Below are positions 35,701 through 42,975 of a stretch of 44,602 nt of DNA, piece after piece (within the stretch, counting starts at the first letter, position 1; every line of letters begins with the position of its first letter). Both the position numbers and the translations under genes were made by a program. Source of the stretch: an uncultured Spirochaetaceae bacterium (GTDB lineage Bacteria > Spirochaetota > Spirochaetia > SZUA-6 > DRHE01); the NCBI GenBank assembly GCA_964389305.1, contig CAYMEK010000018.1, positions 22,203 through 66,804 on the forward strand. The letters are read 5' to 3'. The notes beneath the pieces are model-generated. The model ran no database searches. It was not told where the DNA came from and was given only the letters and a program-made list of their open reading frames with translations.

Positions 35701-37484
35701 AGCAGTGGAGCTACCGGCTGGACAGCAGCCTGCTGGCCGACGGGACGCATGCCGTTTTGATCAAGGCGGTAGACTGCACGGGAACCGAGGGTCTCTACAC
35801 CACCACGATAAACGTGGACAACCAGGCTCCGCAGATTATCCTGGATACTCCCTCCGACGGCCAGCTGTTTACCCGCAGCCTGAAAATGGACGGCCGGGCC
35901 GCCGACAACATCGCTTTGGTTTCCCTCACGGCCAGGCTGATTCCAGCCTCCACCGGGGAGGCGCCGGATTTAGGAGAAAGGCGGGATTCCAGTGAAGGAC
36001 GGGATTCCGATGCGGAGCAGACATCCGGCGAAGTGCCATCCCCCGGCGGCCAAAATCCGGGGCTTACTGCCCCTCCCGACAGGCGGGAGTTTGCCCTGTC
36101 CACCGAGGGGCTGATCGGGAGCGAGCTGGACATCGCCTCGCTTCCCGCCGGCTGGTACAACCTGAGCCTCGAGGCCGTTGATGCGGCCGGAAACGTGAGC
36201 CATGTTTCCCGCAATATCCGGATCGAAGAGCCAGCGGCCGTCGAGAGGATCGAGCTGATGTTCCCGGCCGACGGCGCTGAGATGAGCGGCTTTTTCGACA
36301 TCAGCGGACGGGTTGTCTCCGAAGCCCGGCCCGAAAGCGTCGTGGTACTGATCGACGGAGCGGCGCTCGACACCGTGCCGGTGAACGAGAGGGGGTACTT
36401 CTGCCTGGCGGCGGGTCCCGAGCGCATCACCGTGGGTACCCATACGGTACAGGCGCAGGAACAGAGCAGCGGAGAGCCCCGCCTGCGCTCCGAGGAGCGC
36501 AGGGTCCGCTATCTACGCACCGGACCGTGGGTGACCATAACCAGCTTCGAGAACGGAGATTTCGTGAGCGGACGTCCCCTGCTCGCCGGCGAGGCGGGCT
36601 ACTTGCCCGACCCGGTCGAGCAGGACGGGGAGGGAGCCAAAGGAAAACGAGGCCGTCAGCCGGAGGAGCAAAAGGTACAGAGGGTGGAGGTGAGCTTCGA
36701 CAACGGAAACACCTTCCACAAGGCCGATGGCAAGGAATCCTGGCGTCTGCGCCTGGAAACCCAGGAGCTGGCCAACGGCCCGCTGCGTGTCCTGGTCGTG
36801 GCAACCTTCGGGAACGGCGAGAGCGCGATTGCCAAAACGCAGCTGCAGGTGGACACCCGGCCTCCTGAGATAACCCTGCTCAGTCCCGAGGAGGGCAGGC
36901 GCTTCAACGACCAGCTCGAGCTTCTCGGAACCGCCAGCGACGAGGCCGGTCTGGAGCGTATCGAGATAAGCCTGAGAGAGGGCGACAAGAGACGCTACGG
37001 AGTGCCTAAGTTCATTCAAGGTCTGTACCTGGACGTTCACGCCATGGGCGCAACCTACGCGGATGTCGGGCTGGGGTTGAGCTTCTTCGATGACAACGTC
37101 AAGCTACAGGTTCAGGCCGGATTCTCCCCTCCCGGGCGCTTCTCCGGGCTGGTGATGGGCGCCAAGCTGCTGGCCAATATCGCCACGGTTCCGTTCAGCT
37201 ACTTCTTCGGGCCTTCCTGGGAATTCTTCTCCATGTCCCTGGCCTTGGGAGCCAACTTTTCCTACTTCACCATGTCCGAAGACCGGGTCGCCTTTACCAA
37301 AGACGGTCTGGTTCTGGCCGCGGTGGTCGGCCAGCTCGAGTTTGCCCGCTTTCGGGTCCCCGACTGGCGGTTGTTTCATACCTACTCGCTGTACTCCGAA
37401 GTTCAGCTGTGGTTCATATCTTCGGATGTGGAGGCCGGTCTGGCCGGCCGTCTCAGCTTCGGCCTCAGGATAGGACTTCTGTAA
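32721..37484 (+). CDS. Second giant secreted surface protein with about 12 or more Big_7-like Ig repeats and a C-terminal beta-rich, amphipathic possible membrane-anchor domain
   Basis: 1587 aa. It has a signal peptide (MKRPAPLFIVLFLLGARFALFG) and an RBS 8 nt after the stop of the first giant gene. Recurrent Ig motifs include LEGLVTDRNGVSSLEVSSDGGDTY, LEGTATDASGIRRIEYSLDRGDTF and LRGESRDPNGIEEVFVSLDNGHSF. The last roughly 150 aa have alternating aromatic/hydrophobic residues and end ...RLSFGLRIGLL. Confidence 0.85.
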   Translation: MKRPAPLFIVLFLLGARFALFGLGDPEAGDFQEVNGLENWDHRIDLSGYQEGKYNLIIRGSDAAGNLAYEGPYNIFVDPASDLPVVRIANPAEGMRVGGSLNVVGACVDDDGVRQVQVCIDDGEPRTAEGGEFWSLRFDLEGFDDGQHSVSAWGVDINGNSGESQSVGFYLDRRSPVIRISSHASGALVSGKVTLEGLVTDRNGVSSLEVSSDGGDTYLPLKLSRDKEKQHCGFSHSIDTEALADGPQVFWFRAIDETGSVSQTAFLMFVNNEQPYLELLYPPDESEVSGRVVVSGRAYDRIGLRSLGFDLDGGEGGEVELVPGNPFWTRELDLSGRKAGAVQVVFTLENLTGNRSSMKLRLKIDPDSDRPRLQLATPTEGSLHSGPPVASGFVRDEDGVQSVEYAVDGSGFESAAAGEAFRFTLDALEPGRHTLSMRAVDLHGTAGETEEVDFIVTGPPPRIEITEVEGGETPELFQPGYLIGSGQKARLGGQILFSGDAVKAEYSFGAQEHRNLALRKGGESGKRYFELAVPGELPPGRVDLSIRATDAFDQVAEYRSFFFAEKVESADRIIFQDARLREDGSIVFSDETPLYGYAGSGPLRSLALDPPTELVQIRAEGALVLIEPAGAGISEPTVVRATTAGGRSVSSLPLRFVTDRQPPALEIEQPLVGLWTADTLLLEGTATDASGIRRIEYSLDRGDTFLPVERGDSENSARFSKSVSLAALSDGPFLLLVRAVDRADNQALQSIPVYKDTVAPLPVLLAPGAQDELNGLISLVGRVEEEGRVQRIEFSDDGESFREIGEGRHFVFDLNLSAYETLPESFTLRAVDAAGNQGILTPSLDVNREVDKPVVQIQIPAQGELIKNDFTISGMVFDDDQVAGISYRLDEGEFRSLQPAHQFSIPVAIEDITDNEHRVEVIAEDSGGVKSDLAVTTFMVSTSEPESLLLSPGVEEQVRGVIDLRGESRDPNGIEEVFVSLDNGHSFQEMQGAEQWSYRLDSSLLADGTHAVLIKAVDCTGTEGLYTTTINVDNQAPQIILDTPSDGQLFTRSLKMDGRAADNIALVSLTARLIPASTGEAPDLGERRDSSEGRDSDAEQTSGEVPSPGGQNPGLTAPPDRREFALSTEGLIGSELDIASLPAGWYNLSLEAVDAAGNVSHVSRNIRIEEPAAVERIELMFPADGAEMSGFFDISGRVVSEARPESVVVLIDGAALDTVPVNERGYFCLAAGPERITVGTHTVQAQEQSSGEPRLRSEERRVRYLRTGPWVTITSFENGDFVSGRPLLAGEAGYLPDPVEQDGEGAKGKRGRQPEEQKVQRVEVSFDNGNTFHKADGKESWRLRLETQELANGPLRVLVVATFGNGESAIAKTQLQVDTRPPEITLLSPEEGRRFNDQLELLGTASDEAGLERIEISLREGDKRRYGVPKFIQGLYLDVHAMGATYADVGLGLSFFDDNVKLQVQAGFSPPGRFSGLVMGAKLLANIATVPFSYFFGPSWEFFSMSLALGANFSYFTMSEDRVAFTKDGLVLAAVVGQLEFARFRVPDWRLFHTYSLYSEVQLWFISSDVEAGLAGRLSFGLRIGLL

Positions 37485-37500
37485 TAAAACGCCCCACCCC

Positions 37501-37529
37501 TTGTCAAAGTTGAACTATTGTACTATATT
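37501..37529 (+). promoter_or_regulatory. Sigma-70-like promoter of the ytrA-like operon (TTGTCA, N17, TATATT)
   Basis: The hexamers and 17-nt spacing are visible in the sequence about 35 nt upstream of the GntR start. The -10 overlaps the first operator half-site. Confidence 0.45.
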
Positions 37530-37556
37530 ATTATTGTATTAAAACATTAGTACAAT
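37517..37556. promoter_or_regulatory. Candidate GntR/YtrA operator: a perfect 9-bp inverted repeat ATTGTACTA (37517-37525) and TAGTACAAT (37548-37556), plus a third near-copy ATTGTATTA (37533-37541)
   Basis: This is an exact reverse-complement pair containing the GT-N-AC core typical of GntR-family operators. The centres are about 31 bp apart (three helical turns), and the repeat overlaps the -10 of the putative promoter. Confidence 0.45.
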
Positions 37557-37565
37557 ATAGGTGGT

Positions 37566-37958
37566 ATGGTGGAAACGGCTTTGACCTTTTCCCTCGATGC
37601 AACCAACGGGGTGCCTTTCTACAAGCAGATAATTCTGCAGGTCGAGATGGCTATAGCCGACGGCCGGCTGAAGACCGGAGATCAGCTTCCCACCGTTCGC
37701 AGCCTGGCCGTAGACCTGCGGGTCAATCCCAACACGGTGGCCCGGGCTTACAGCGAGCTGGAGATCCGGGGGATCGTCAATACCCAGCAGGGGACCGGCA
37801 CCTTCATCAGCGACCAGAAGGTGCAGATCTCCGAGGTGGAGCGGGAGAAGATCCTGGCCGAGATTACCCGCTCCTTCGTCAGCCATGCTTCCTCCTACGG
37901 ATTCACGCTGGCGGAAATCAGCTCGTATCTCGACGAGCTAAACAGGGGAGGTACCTGA
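37566..37958 (+). CDS. GntR-family transcriptional regulator, YtrA subfamily (short C-terminal domain)
   Basis: 130 aa. The N-terminal GntR wHTH reads LPTVRSLAVDLRVNPNTVARAYSELEIRGIVNTQQGTGTFI. The roughly 50-aa C-terminal tail is typical of YtrA-type regulators that control adjacent ABC transporters. Confidence 0.85.
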   Translation: MVETALTFSLDATNGVPFYKQIILQVEMAIADGRLKTGDQLPTVRSLAVDLRVNPNTVARAYSELEIRGIVNTQQGTGTFISDQKVQISEVEREKILAEITRSFVSHASSYGFTLAEISSYLDELNRGGT

Positions 37959-37963
37959 AAGCC

Positions 37964-39070
37964 ATGTACCGAGTCAAAGCCTTTGACAGGATACGCAACC
38001 TGCAGCAGGCCGTGCTGCCCCGGGACTTCCGTCTCAACCCCCTGACCCTGCTGATCCTGGCGCTGTTTCTGGCCGCCGGGGTGGTCTGGCAGCTCGCCTC
38101 CGCAGCGGCGGTGCCGCCGCTGGAGCTGGTCTACATAACCGCGCAGGTGATCGTCGGCGGCGCGCTGCTGATGCTGCTTCCCTCCTGGGCCCTGGTGCTG
38201 GTGCTGGTAGCGGGCCTGGGGATCGGCATGTTCGCCCGCTACGGCGCAGGCCTGACGCCCTTGACCGTCATGATCGGCCTGGGATATTTACTGGCCCCCT
38301 GCTTCCAGATCGCCCACCACTGGGAGAAGGTGGTGATCCTGCGCCTGGGCAGGTTCCACCGCTTGCGGGGCCCCGGGGTGTTCCTGGTCCTTCCCTTCCT
38401 CGACCGGGTGACCCGCTTCGTGGATACCCGCATTCGGGCCACCGACTTCAGCGCCGAGAAGACCATCACCATGGACACCGTGCCGGTGCACGTAGACGCC
38501 CTGGCTTTCTGGATGATCTGGGACGCCACCAAGGCCATCCTCGAGGTGGAGAATTTCCTCGAGGCGGTGGTCCTGTCCGCCCAGACGGCACTGCGCGATG
38601 CCATCGGCCGGCACGAGCTGGCCGACCTGCTCGCCGAGCGGGAGCGGATCGGCAGGGAGATCCAGCAGGCCCTGGATCGCAAGACCAACCCCTGGGGGAT
38701 CACGATCCTTTCGATCGAGTTCACCGATATCATAATTCCCAAGGAGCTGGAGGACGCCATGAGCAAGCGGGCCCAGGCCGAGAGGGAGCGCCAGTCCCGT
38801 GTTATCCTGGGCACGGCGGAGATCGAGATCTCGGACAAGTTCGTGGAGGCGGCCAAACGCTACCGGGATGACCCCACGGCCCTGCACCTCCGGGGCATGA
38901 ACATGATCTACGAGGGCATCAAGCAGCGGGGAACGATCGTGCTGCTGCCCTCCGGCAGCCTGGCTTCCATGTCTCTGGGGTCGCTGCTCGATGATCTGGC
39001 CCGGGGAAAGACGCCCGGCGGGCCGCCGGCCCCCCCGCCTGAAGGAGAAAAACATGATCAAGATCGATAA
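37964..39070 (+). CDS. SPFH/band-7 (stomatin/prohibitin-like) membrane protein
   Basis: 368 aa with N-terminal transmembrane helices. The SPFH core reads WEKVVILRLGRFHRLRGPGVFLVLPFLDRV ... TITMDTVPVHVDALAFWMI, followed by a coiled-coil and a Pro-rich tail. Confidence 0.85.
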   Translation: MYRVKAFDRIRNLQQAVLPRDFRLNPLTLLILALFLAAGVVWQLASAAAVPPLELVYITAQVIVGGALLMLLPSWALVLVLVAGLGIGMFARYGAGLTPLTVMIGLGYLLAPCFQIAHHWEKVVILRLGRFHRLRGPGVFLVLPFLDRVTRFVDTRIRATDFSAEKTITMDTVPVHVDALAFWMIWDATKAILEVENFLEAVVLSAQTALRDAIGRHELADLLAERERIGREIQQALDRKTNPWGITILSIEFTDIIIPKELEDAMSKRAQAERERQSRVILGTAEIEISDKFVEAAKRYRDDPTALHLRGMNMIYEGIKQRGTIVLLPSGSLASMSLGSLLDDLARGKTPGGPPAPPPEGEKHDQDR

Positions 39071-39737
39071 GGTCGGCAAGGAATACCGCAGCGATCATAC
39101 TGTGGTGCACGCCCTGCGGGGCGTCAGCCTGGAGATAGGCAGCGGCGAGTTTCTCTCCGTAGCCGGTCCCTCCGGATCGGGTAAAACGACCCTGCTCAAC
39201 CTGATCGGCTGCCTGGACAAGCCCTCGGAAGGGGAAATCTACATCCAGGGGGAGCCGATCTCGGGAATGAGCAAGAAAGAGCTGGCACAGCTGCGGCGGC
39301 ACAAGTTCGGCTTCGTGTTCCAGACCTTCAACCTGATCCCGGTGCTTTCGGCTTTCGAGAACGTCTCCTTCGCCCTGTCCCTGCTGGGCGTGGAGGGAGA
39401 GGATCTAAAGCGCCGGACCGCCATGATGCTGGAAGAGGTGGGCTTGAAGGGCCTGGAAGCACGGCGGCCGGGCGAGCTTTCCGGCGGCCAGCAGCAGCGG
39501 GTGGCCGTTGCCCGGGCCTTGATCAAGGAGCCGCAGCTCGTGCTGGCCGACGAGCCCACGGCCAACCTGGACTCCGAGACCGGCCGCGAGATCCTGGACC
39601 TGATGGTGGAGCTGAACAGCAGACACGGGACCACCTTCGTCTTTTCCACCCACGATCCAATGGTGATGGAGTACGCCCGCCGCCTGGTGCGGCTGCACGA
39701 CGGGCGGATCACCGGCGACGAGAGGAGGAAGCGATGA
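39054..39737 (+). CDS. ABC transporter ATP-binding protein, LolD/MacB-type
   Basis: It has Walker A GPSGSGKTT, signature LSGGQQQRVAVARAL, Walker B LVLADEPT, and the H-loop. I chose the start at ATG 39054 (RBS GAAGGAG) rather than the 38991 ORF-track start, which overlaps the SPFH gene. Confidence 0.9.
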   Translation: MIKIDKVGKEYRSDHTVVHALRGVSLEIGSGEFLSVAGPSGSGKTTLLNLIGCLDKPSEGEIYIQGEPISGMSKKELAQLRRHKFGFVFQTFNLIPVLSAFENVSFALSLLGVEGEDLKRRTAMMLEEVGLKGLEARRPGELSGGQQQRVAVARALIKEPQLVLADEPTANLDSETGREILDLMVELNSRHGTTFVFSTHDPMVMEYARRLVRLHDGRITGDERRKR

Positions 39738-40966
39738 AGTTCCTGCTGACCCTGGCCTGGAAGAACCTCTCCCGCTACCGTCGCCGCACCCTGATCACGG
39801 CCGTGGCCCTGGCCGTAGGGTTAGCCCTGTTCATCTTCATGGACGGCTGGCTGCAGGGGGCCGAAAGAGAGTCGGAGCGCAATATCATCTGGTACGAATC
39901 CGGTTCAGCCAAAGTCATGACCGTCGAATACCTGCAGAACCTCGACAGCATGCCCCTGAAGCAGGCCATCGAAGATCCTCGGGCCGTGGAGCAGGCCCTG
40001 GAAGGCGCCGGGGTCACGACCACGCGGCGAACAGTTTTTGCCGGGGAGATCTTCTACGGTGAGGGATCGATGTACGTTAAAGTCATCGCCGTCGACCCGC
40101 GGACCGACGAAAAGATCTATCGCCTGTCCGAGACACTGTCACGGGGAAGATATCTTGAGCCGGGGGAGCAGGGGGTCGTTCTGGGTGAGTGGCTGGCCCA
40201 GGACCTGGGAGTCGAGGTGGGAGAGGTGATCGCCTTACGCACTCGGACCCGCTACGGCGCCTATCAAACCCTGGATCTGCTCGTGGTCGGAGTGTTGAAC
40301 AGTCCCAATCCGGTGATCAACAAGGGAACGGCCTACATCCCCCTGTCCCTGGCCGGCGAGGCGCTGGAAATGGAGGGGGCGGTGACGGAGATCACCCTGT
40401 ACTTCCCCGAATGGCAGGACCCCGAGGCCAAGGTGCAGAGCCTGCGGGATCGTTTGGCCGCCTTTCCGGGAGTCACGGTTCAGAGCTGGAAGGATCTGGC
40501 CCGGGATTTCCTGATGATCGCCCAGGCCAAGAGCGCCGGCAGCAGCATCCTCCTCGTCCTGGTGTTCATCATCGCCGCAGTGGGCATCTCCAACACCATG
40601 CTCATGGCCGTGTACGAGCGGGTGCGGGAGATCGGCATGATGCGCGCCATGGGCATGAAGGACCTCTCCATCCGGCTGACCTTTCTCTTCGAGGCAGGTG
40701 GGATCGGGCTGATCGGGGCTCTCGCCGGAGTGGTTTTGGGAGTGGCCCTCAACTGGTACATGGTTGCCCGGGGGATCGACTTCAGCGCGATCATGGGACA
40801 TATGGACATCGGCTACCGCGTGCACAGCGTGTTCCGCTCGGCCTGGCACCCCCAGGCCATCGCAGGCGGGTTCGTTTTCGGAGTGATCGCGGCCATGCTG
40901 GTCTCCATCATCCCTTCCTCCCGGGCGCTGAAGATGGAGATCACCGACGCCTTGAGGTACGAATAG
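39734..40966 (+). CDS. ABC transporter permease, FtsX/MacB/LolC-E family (four transmembrane helices with a large periplasmic loop)
   Basis: 410 aa. The N-terminus WKNLSRYRRRTLITAVALAVGLALFIF and three C-terminal transmembrane helices give the typical FtsX topology. It overlaps the ATPase stop. Confidence 0.85.
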   Translation: MKFLLTLAWKNLSRYRRRTLITAVALAVGLALFIFMDGWLQGAERESERNIIWYESGSAKVMTVEYLQNLDSMPLKQAIEDPRAVEQALEGAGVTTTRRTVFAGEIFYGEGSMYVKVIAVDPRTDEKIYRLSETLSRGRYLEPGEQGVVLGEWLAQDLGVEVGEVIALRTRTRYGAYQTLDLLVVGVLNSPNPVINKGTAYIPLSLAGEALEMEGAVTEITLYFPEWQDPEAKVQSLRDRLAAFPGVTVQSWKDLARDFLMIAQAKSAGSSILLVLVFIIAAVGISNTMLMAVYERVREIGMMRAMGMKDLSIRLTFLFEAGGIGLIGALAGVVLGVALNWYMVARGIDFSAIMGHMDIGYRVHSVFRSAWHPQAIAGGFVFGVIAAMLVSIIPSSRALKMEITDALRYE

Positions 40967-40981
40967 TGGAGAGAGAGTGAC

Positions 40982-42214
40982 ATGAAATTGGCCAGGATTG
41001 CCTTCAGGAATATCCGCCGCAACCGGCGCCGCAGCCTGCTTTCGGGGGCGGCCATCGCCATCGCCACCATGGCCATCACCTTTTTGTTTGCCTACATTGC
41101 CGGATTTCTGGGCAACTACCAGTCCAACATCGTCCGCTATATGACCGGCCACGTGCGCATCCGCCATGCGGAGTACGACGAGTACGAGCAGCTCAATCCG
41201 CTGCACCTCAGCGTGGCCGGCTACGAAGAGGTGGTGCGGAGGATGGAGGCGGAACCGGAAGTGCAGGCGGCCGTGCCCCGCACCCGCTTCGCCACGGCCA
41301 TATACCACAATGACCGCACCATCGGCGGCCTGGGTTTGGGCGTGGATTTCCAGAGGGAAAGCGCCGTCATGAAAATCCAGGACTCCCTGCAGCAGGGCCG
41401 TCTGCCGGAAGCCGGGAGCAAGGAGATGCTCCTGTCCGCCGGCCTGGCCGAAGAGCTGGGTTTGGGAACGGGTGAAAAGCTGACCTTGCTCAGCAAGAAC
41501 AAGTACATGGGCATGTCCGGCATGACCTTTACGGTAAGCGGCATCGTGCTCTTTCCGGTGTCGGGGTTCAACGAGAGATTTTTCCTTCTTCCCATCGATA
41601 CGGCCAGCCGCTTCCTCAAGATGGACCAGGAGGCCACCGAGGTCCTGGTGCTGCTGGACAATCCCGACAAGGTCGAAGAGTTCGCTGGGAAGGCGCAGGG
41701 GATTCTCGCCGCCATGGGCCGAAAGTCCCTGTCCGCCCGGGCCTGGACCAAGATCGATTTCGTCTATGGCCTGATCGAGTATGCCCAGACCATCTATGAC
41801 ATTTTCGCCCTGGTCTTCTTCCTGCTGGCCTCCACGGTCATCATCAACACCACCATGATGGTGATCTTCGAGCGCATGCGGGAGATCGGCACGGTGGCGG
41901 CCATGGGCATGACCCCCCAGGAGATCGTGCGCCTGTTCTTCCTGGAGGCTTTCTTCATCGGCGCCATGGCCGCCTTTATCGGGGTCGTGCTGGGTATCGC
42001 CATCGCCTTGCCCCTGTCCAGGACCGGCATCGATCTGAGCGGGGCCATGGAGGGGGTGGACTTCGAGATCAGCCCGGTGATCTATCCGCGCTTGAGCGTC
42101 CGCTCGACCATCTTCGTGTTCCTCTACTCCACGGGGATCGCCAGCCTGGCTTCCTTCATCCCCTCCCGGCGTGCCGCCCGCATAGAGCCGGTGGAGGCGC
42201 TGCGGGCGGTGTAG
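40982..42214 (+). CDS. Second FtsX-family ABC permease (heterodimer partner, LolC/LolE-like arrangement)
   Basis: 410 aa. The N-terminus is FRNIRRNRRRSLLSGAAIAIATMAITFLFAYI. It has the same architecture as the upstream paralog. Confidence 0.85.
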   Translation: MKLARIAFRNIRRNRRRSLLSGAAIAIATMAITFLFAYIAGFLGNYQSNIVRYMTGHVRIRHAEYDEYEQLNPLHLSVAGYEEVVRRMEAEPEVQAAVPRTRFATAIYHNDRTIGGLGLGVDFQRESAVMKIQDSLQQGRLPEAGSKEMLLSAGLAEELGLGTGEKLTLLSKNKYMGMSGMTFTVSGIVLFPVSGFNERFFLLPIDTASRFLKMDQEATEVLVLLDNPDKVEEFAGKAQGILAAMGRKSLSARAWTKIDFVYGLIEYAQTIYDIFALVFFLLASTVIINTTMMVIFERMREIGTVAAMGMTPQEIVRLFFLEAFFIGAMAAFIGVVLGIAIALPLSRTGIDLSGAMEGVDFEISPVIYPRLSVRSTIFVFLYSTGIASLASFIPSRRAARIEPVEALRAV

Positions 42215-42237
42215 GCGAGCGAGAAAGGAGATATGGT

Positions 42238-42975
42238 ATGCAACGAGTGATTCTGTTGATATTGGCTTTGGGGTCGGTCGCGGCTGCGGGCGTTTCGGCC
42301 ATGACGGCCGAGGAGATCATCGCCAACGTGGAGCGAAACGAGGTCAACGAGCGGCAGCGAGTCGAGGGATCGATGACCATCCGCGACCGCTTCGGCTCCC
42401 GGGTGAAGACCTTCATCAGCTACGCTTCAGGAACGGACCGGATGCTGCTGGAGTTCACCAACCCGGAGGAAAGGGGACAGAAGATCCTGCGCCTGGAAGA
42501 CGAGATCTATCTGTACTTCCCGGAGGCCGAGGAAATCATCCACCTGCAGGGCTCGGCCCTCAAGGAATCGGTGATGGGCTCGGATTTCTCCTATGAGGAC
42601 CTGACCGGGGAGGGAGATCTGCTGGATCTCTACGACGTCAGCCTGCTCGGCGAACAGATTATCGAGGGACGCAGGAACTATCACCTCCGGCTGACAGCCA
42701 AGAAGCGGGGCGTTGCCTATCCCAAACAGGAAATTTGGGTGGATGCGGAGACCTGGGTGCTGAGCAGGGCCGACGCCTACTCTCTGTCCGGACGGCTGCT
42801 CAAAGAGATGGAGTTCGGGGATGTGCGAAAGGTAGCGGACAAGTACGTGCCCCACGCCATCGTCATACGCGATGCCATGAAGAAGAGCTCCTCCACGGAG
42901 ATGCGCATCGAGGAGATCGATCTGCGGTCGAGCCTTCCGCCGAACATCTTCAGCCTGGAGGAGCTGTCATGGTGA
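42238..42975 (+). CDS. Periplasmic LolA-like (outer-membrane lipoprotein-sorting / DUF-type LolA_like) protein
   Basis: 245 aa with a signal peptide (LILALGSVAAAGVSA). It is mixed beta-rich and has the size and position typical of LolA-like proteins encoded next to MacB/Lol-type ABC systems. The assignment rests on context and composition, not on a strict motif. Confidence 0.55.
   Translation: MQRVILLILALGSVAAAGVSAMTAEEIIANVERNEVNERQRVEGSMTIRDRFGSRVKTFISYASGTDRMLLEFTNPEERGQKILRLEDEIYLYFPEAEEIIHLQGSALKESVMGSDFSYEDLTGEGDLLDLYDVSLLGEQIIEGRRNYHLRLTAKKRGVAYPKQEIWVDAETWVLSRADAYSLSGRLLKEMEFGDVRKVADKYVPHAIVIRDAMKKSSSTEMRIEEIDLRSSLPPNIFSLEELSW

Noticed and set aside
38991-39053. Extended N-terminus (MIWPGERRPAGRRPPRLKEKN) of the ABC ATPase as given in the ORF track
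   Set aside because: The extension overlaps the SPFH C-terminus in another frame and is Arg/Pro-rich. The internal ATG at 39054 has a proper RBS (GAAGGAG) and gives the canonical MIKIDKV ATPase N-terminus.
38288-41308. Minus-strand ORFs (38239-38856, 38288-39079, 40235-41308) and the plus-strand off-frame ORF 40189-40980 within the SPFH / ABC / FtsX genes
   Set aside because: They are antisense or off-frame to genes with Walker A/B, ABC signature, SPFH and FtsX features.
42735-42968. N-terminal extension (78 aa) of the outer-membrane protein ORF that overlaps the LolA-like gene
   Set aside because: The extension lies entirely inside the LolA-like CDS in another frame. The signal peptide begins only after the ATG at 42969.
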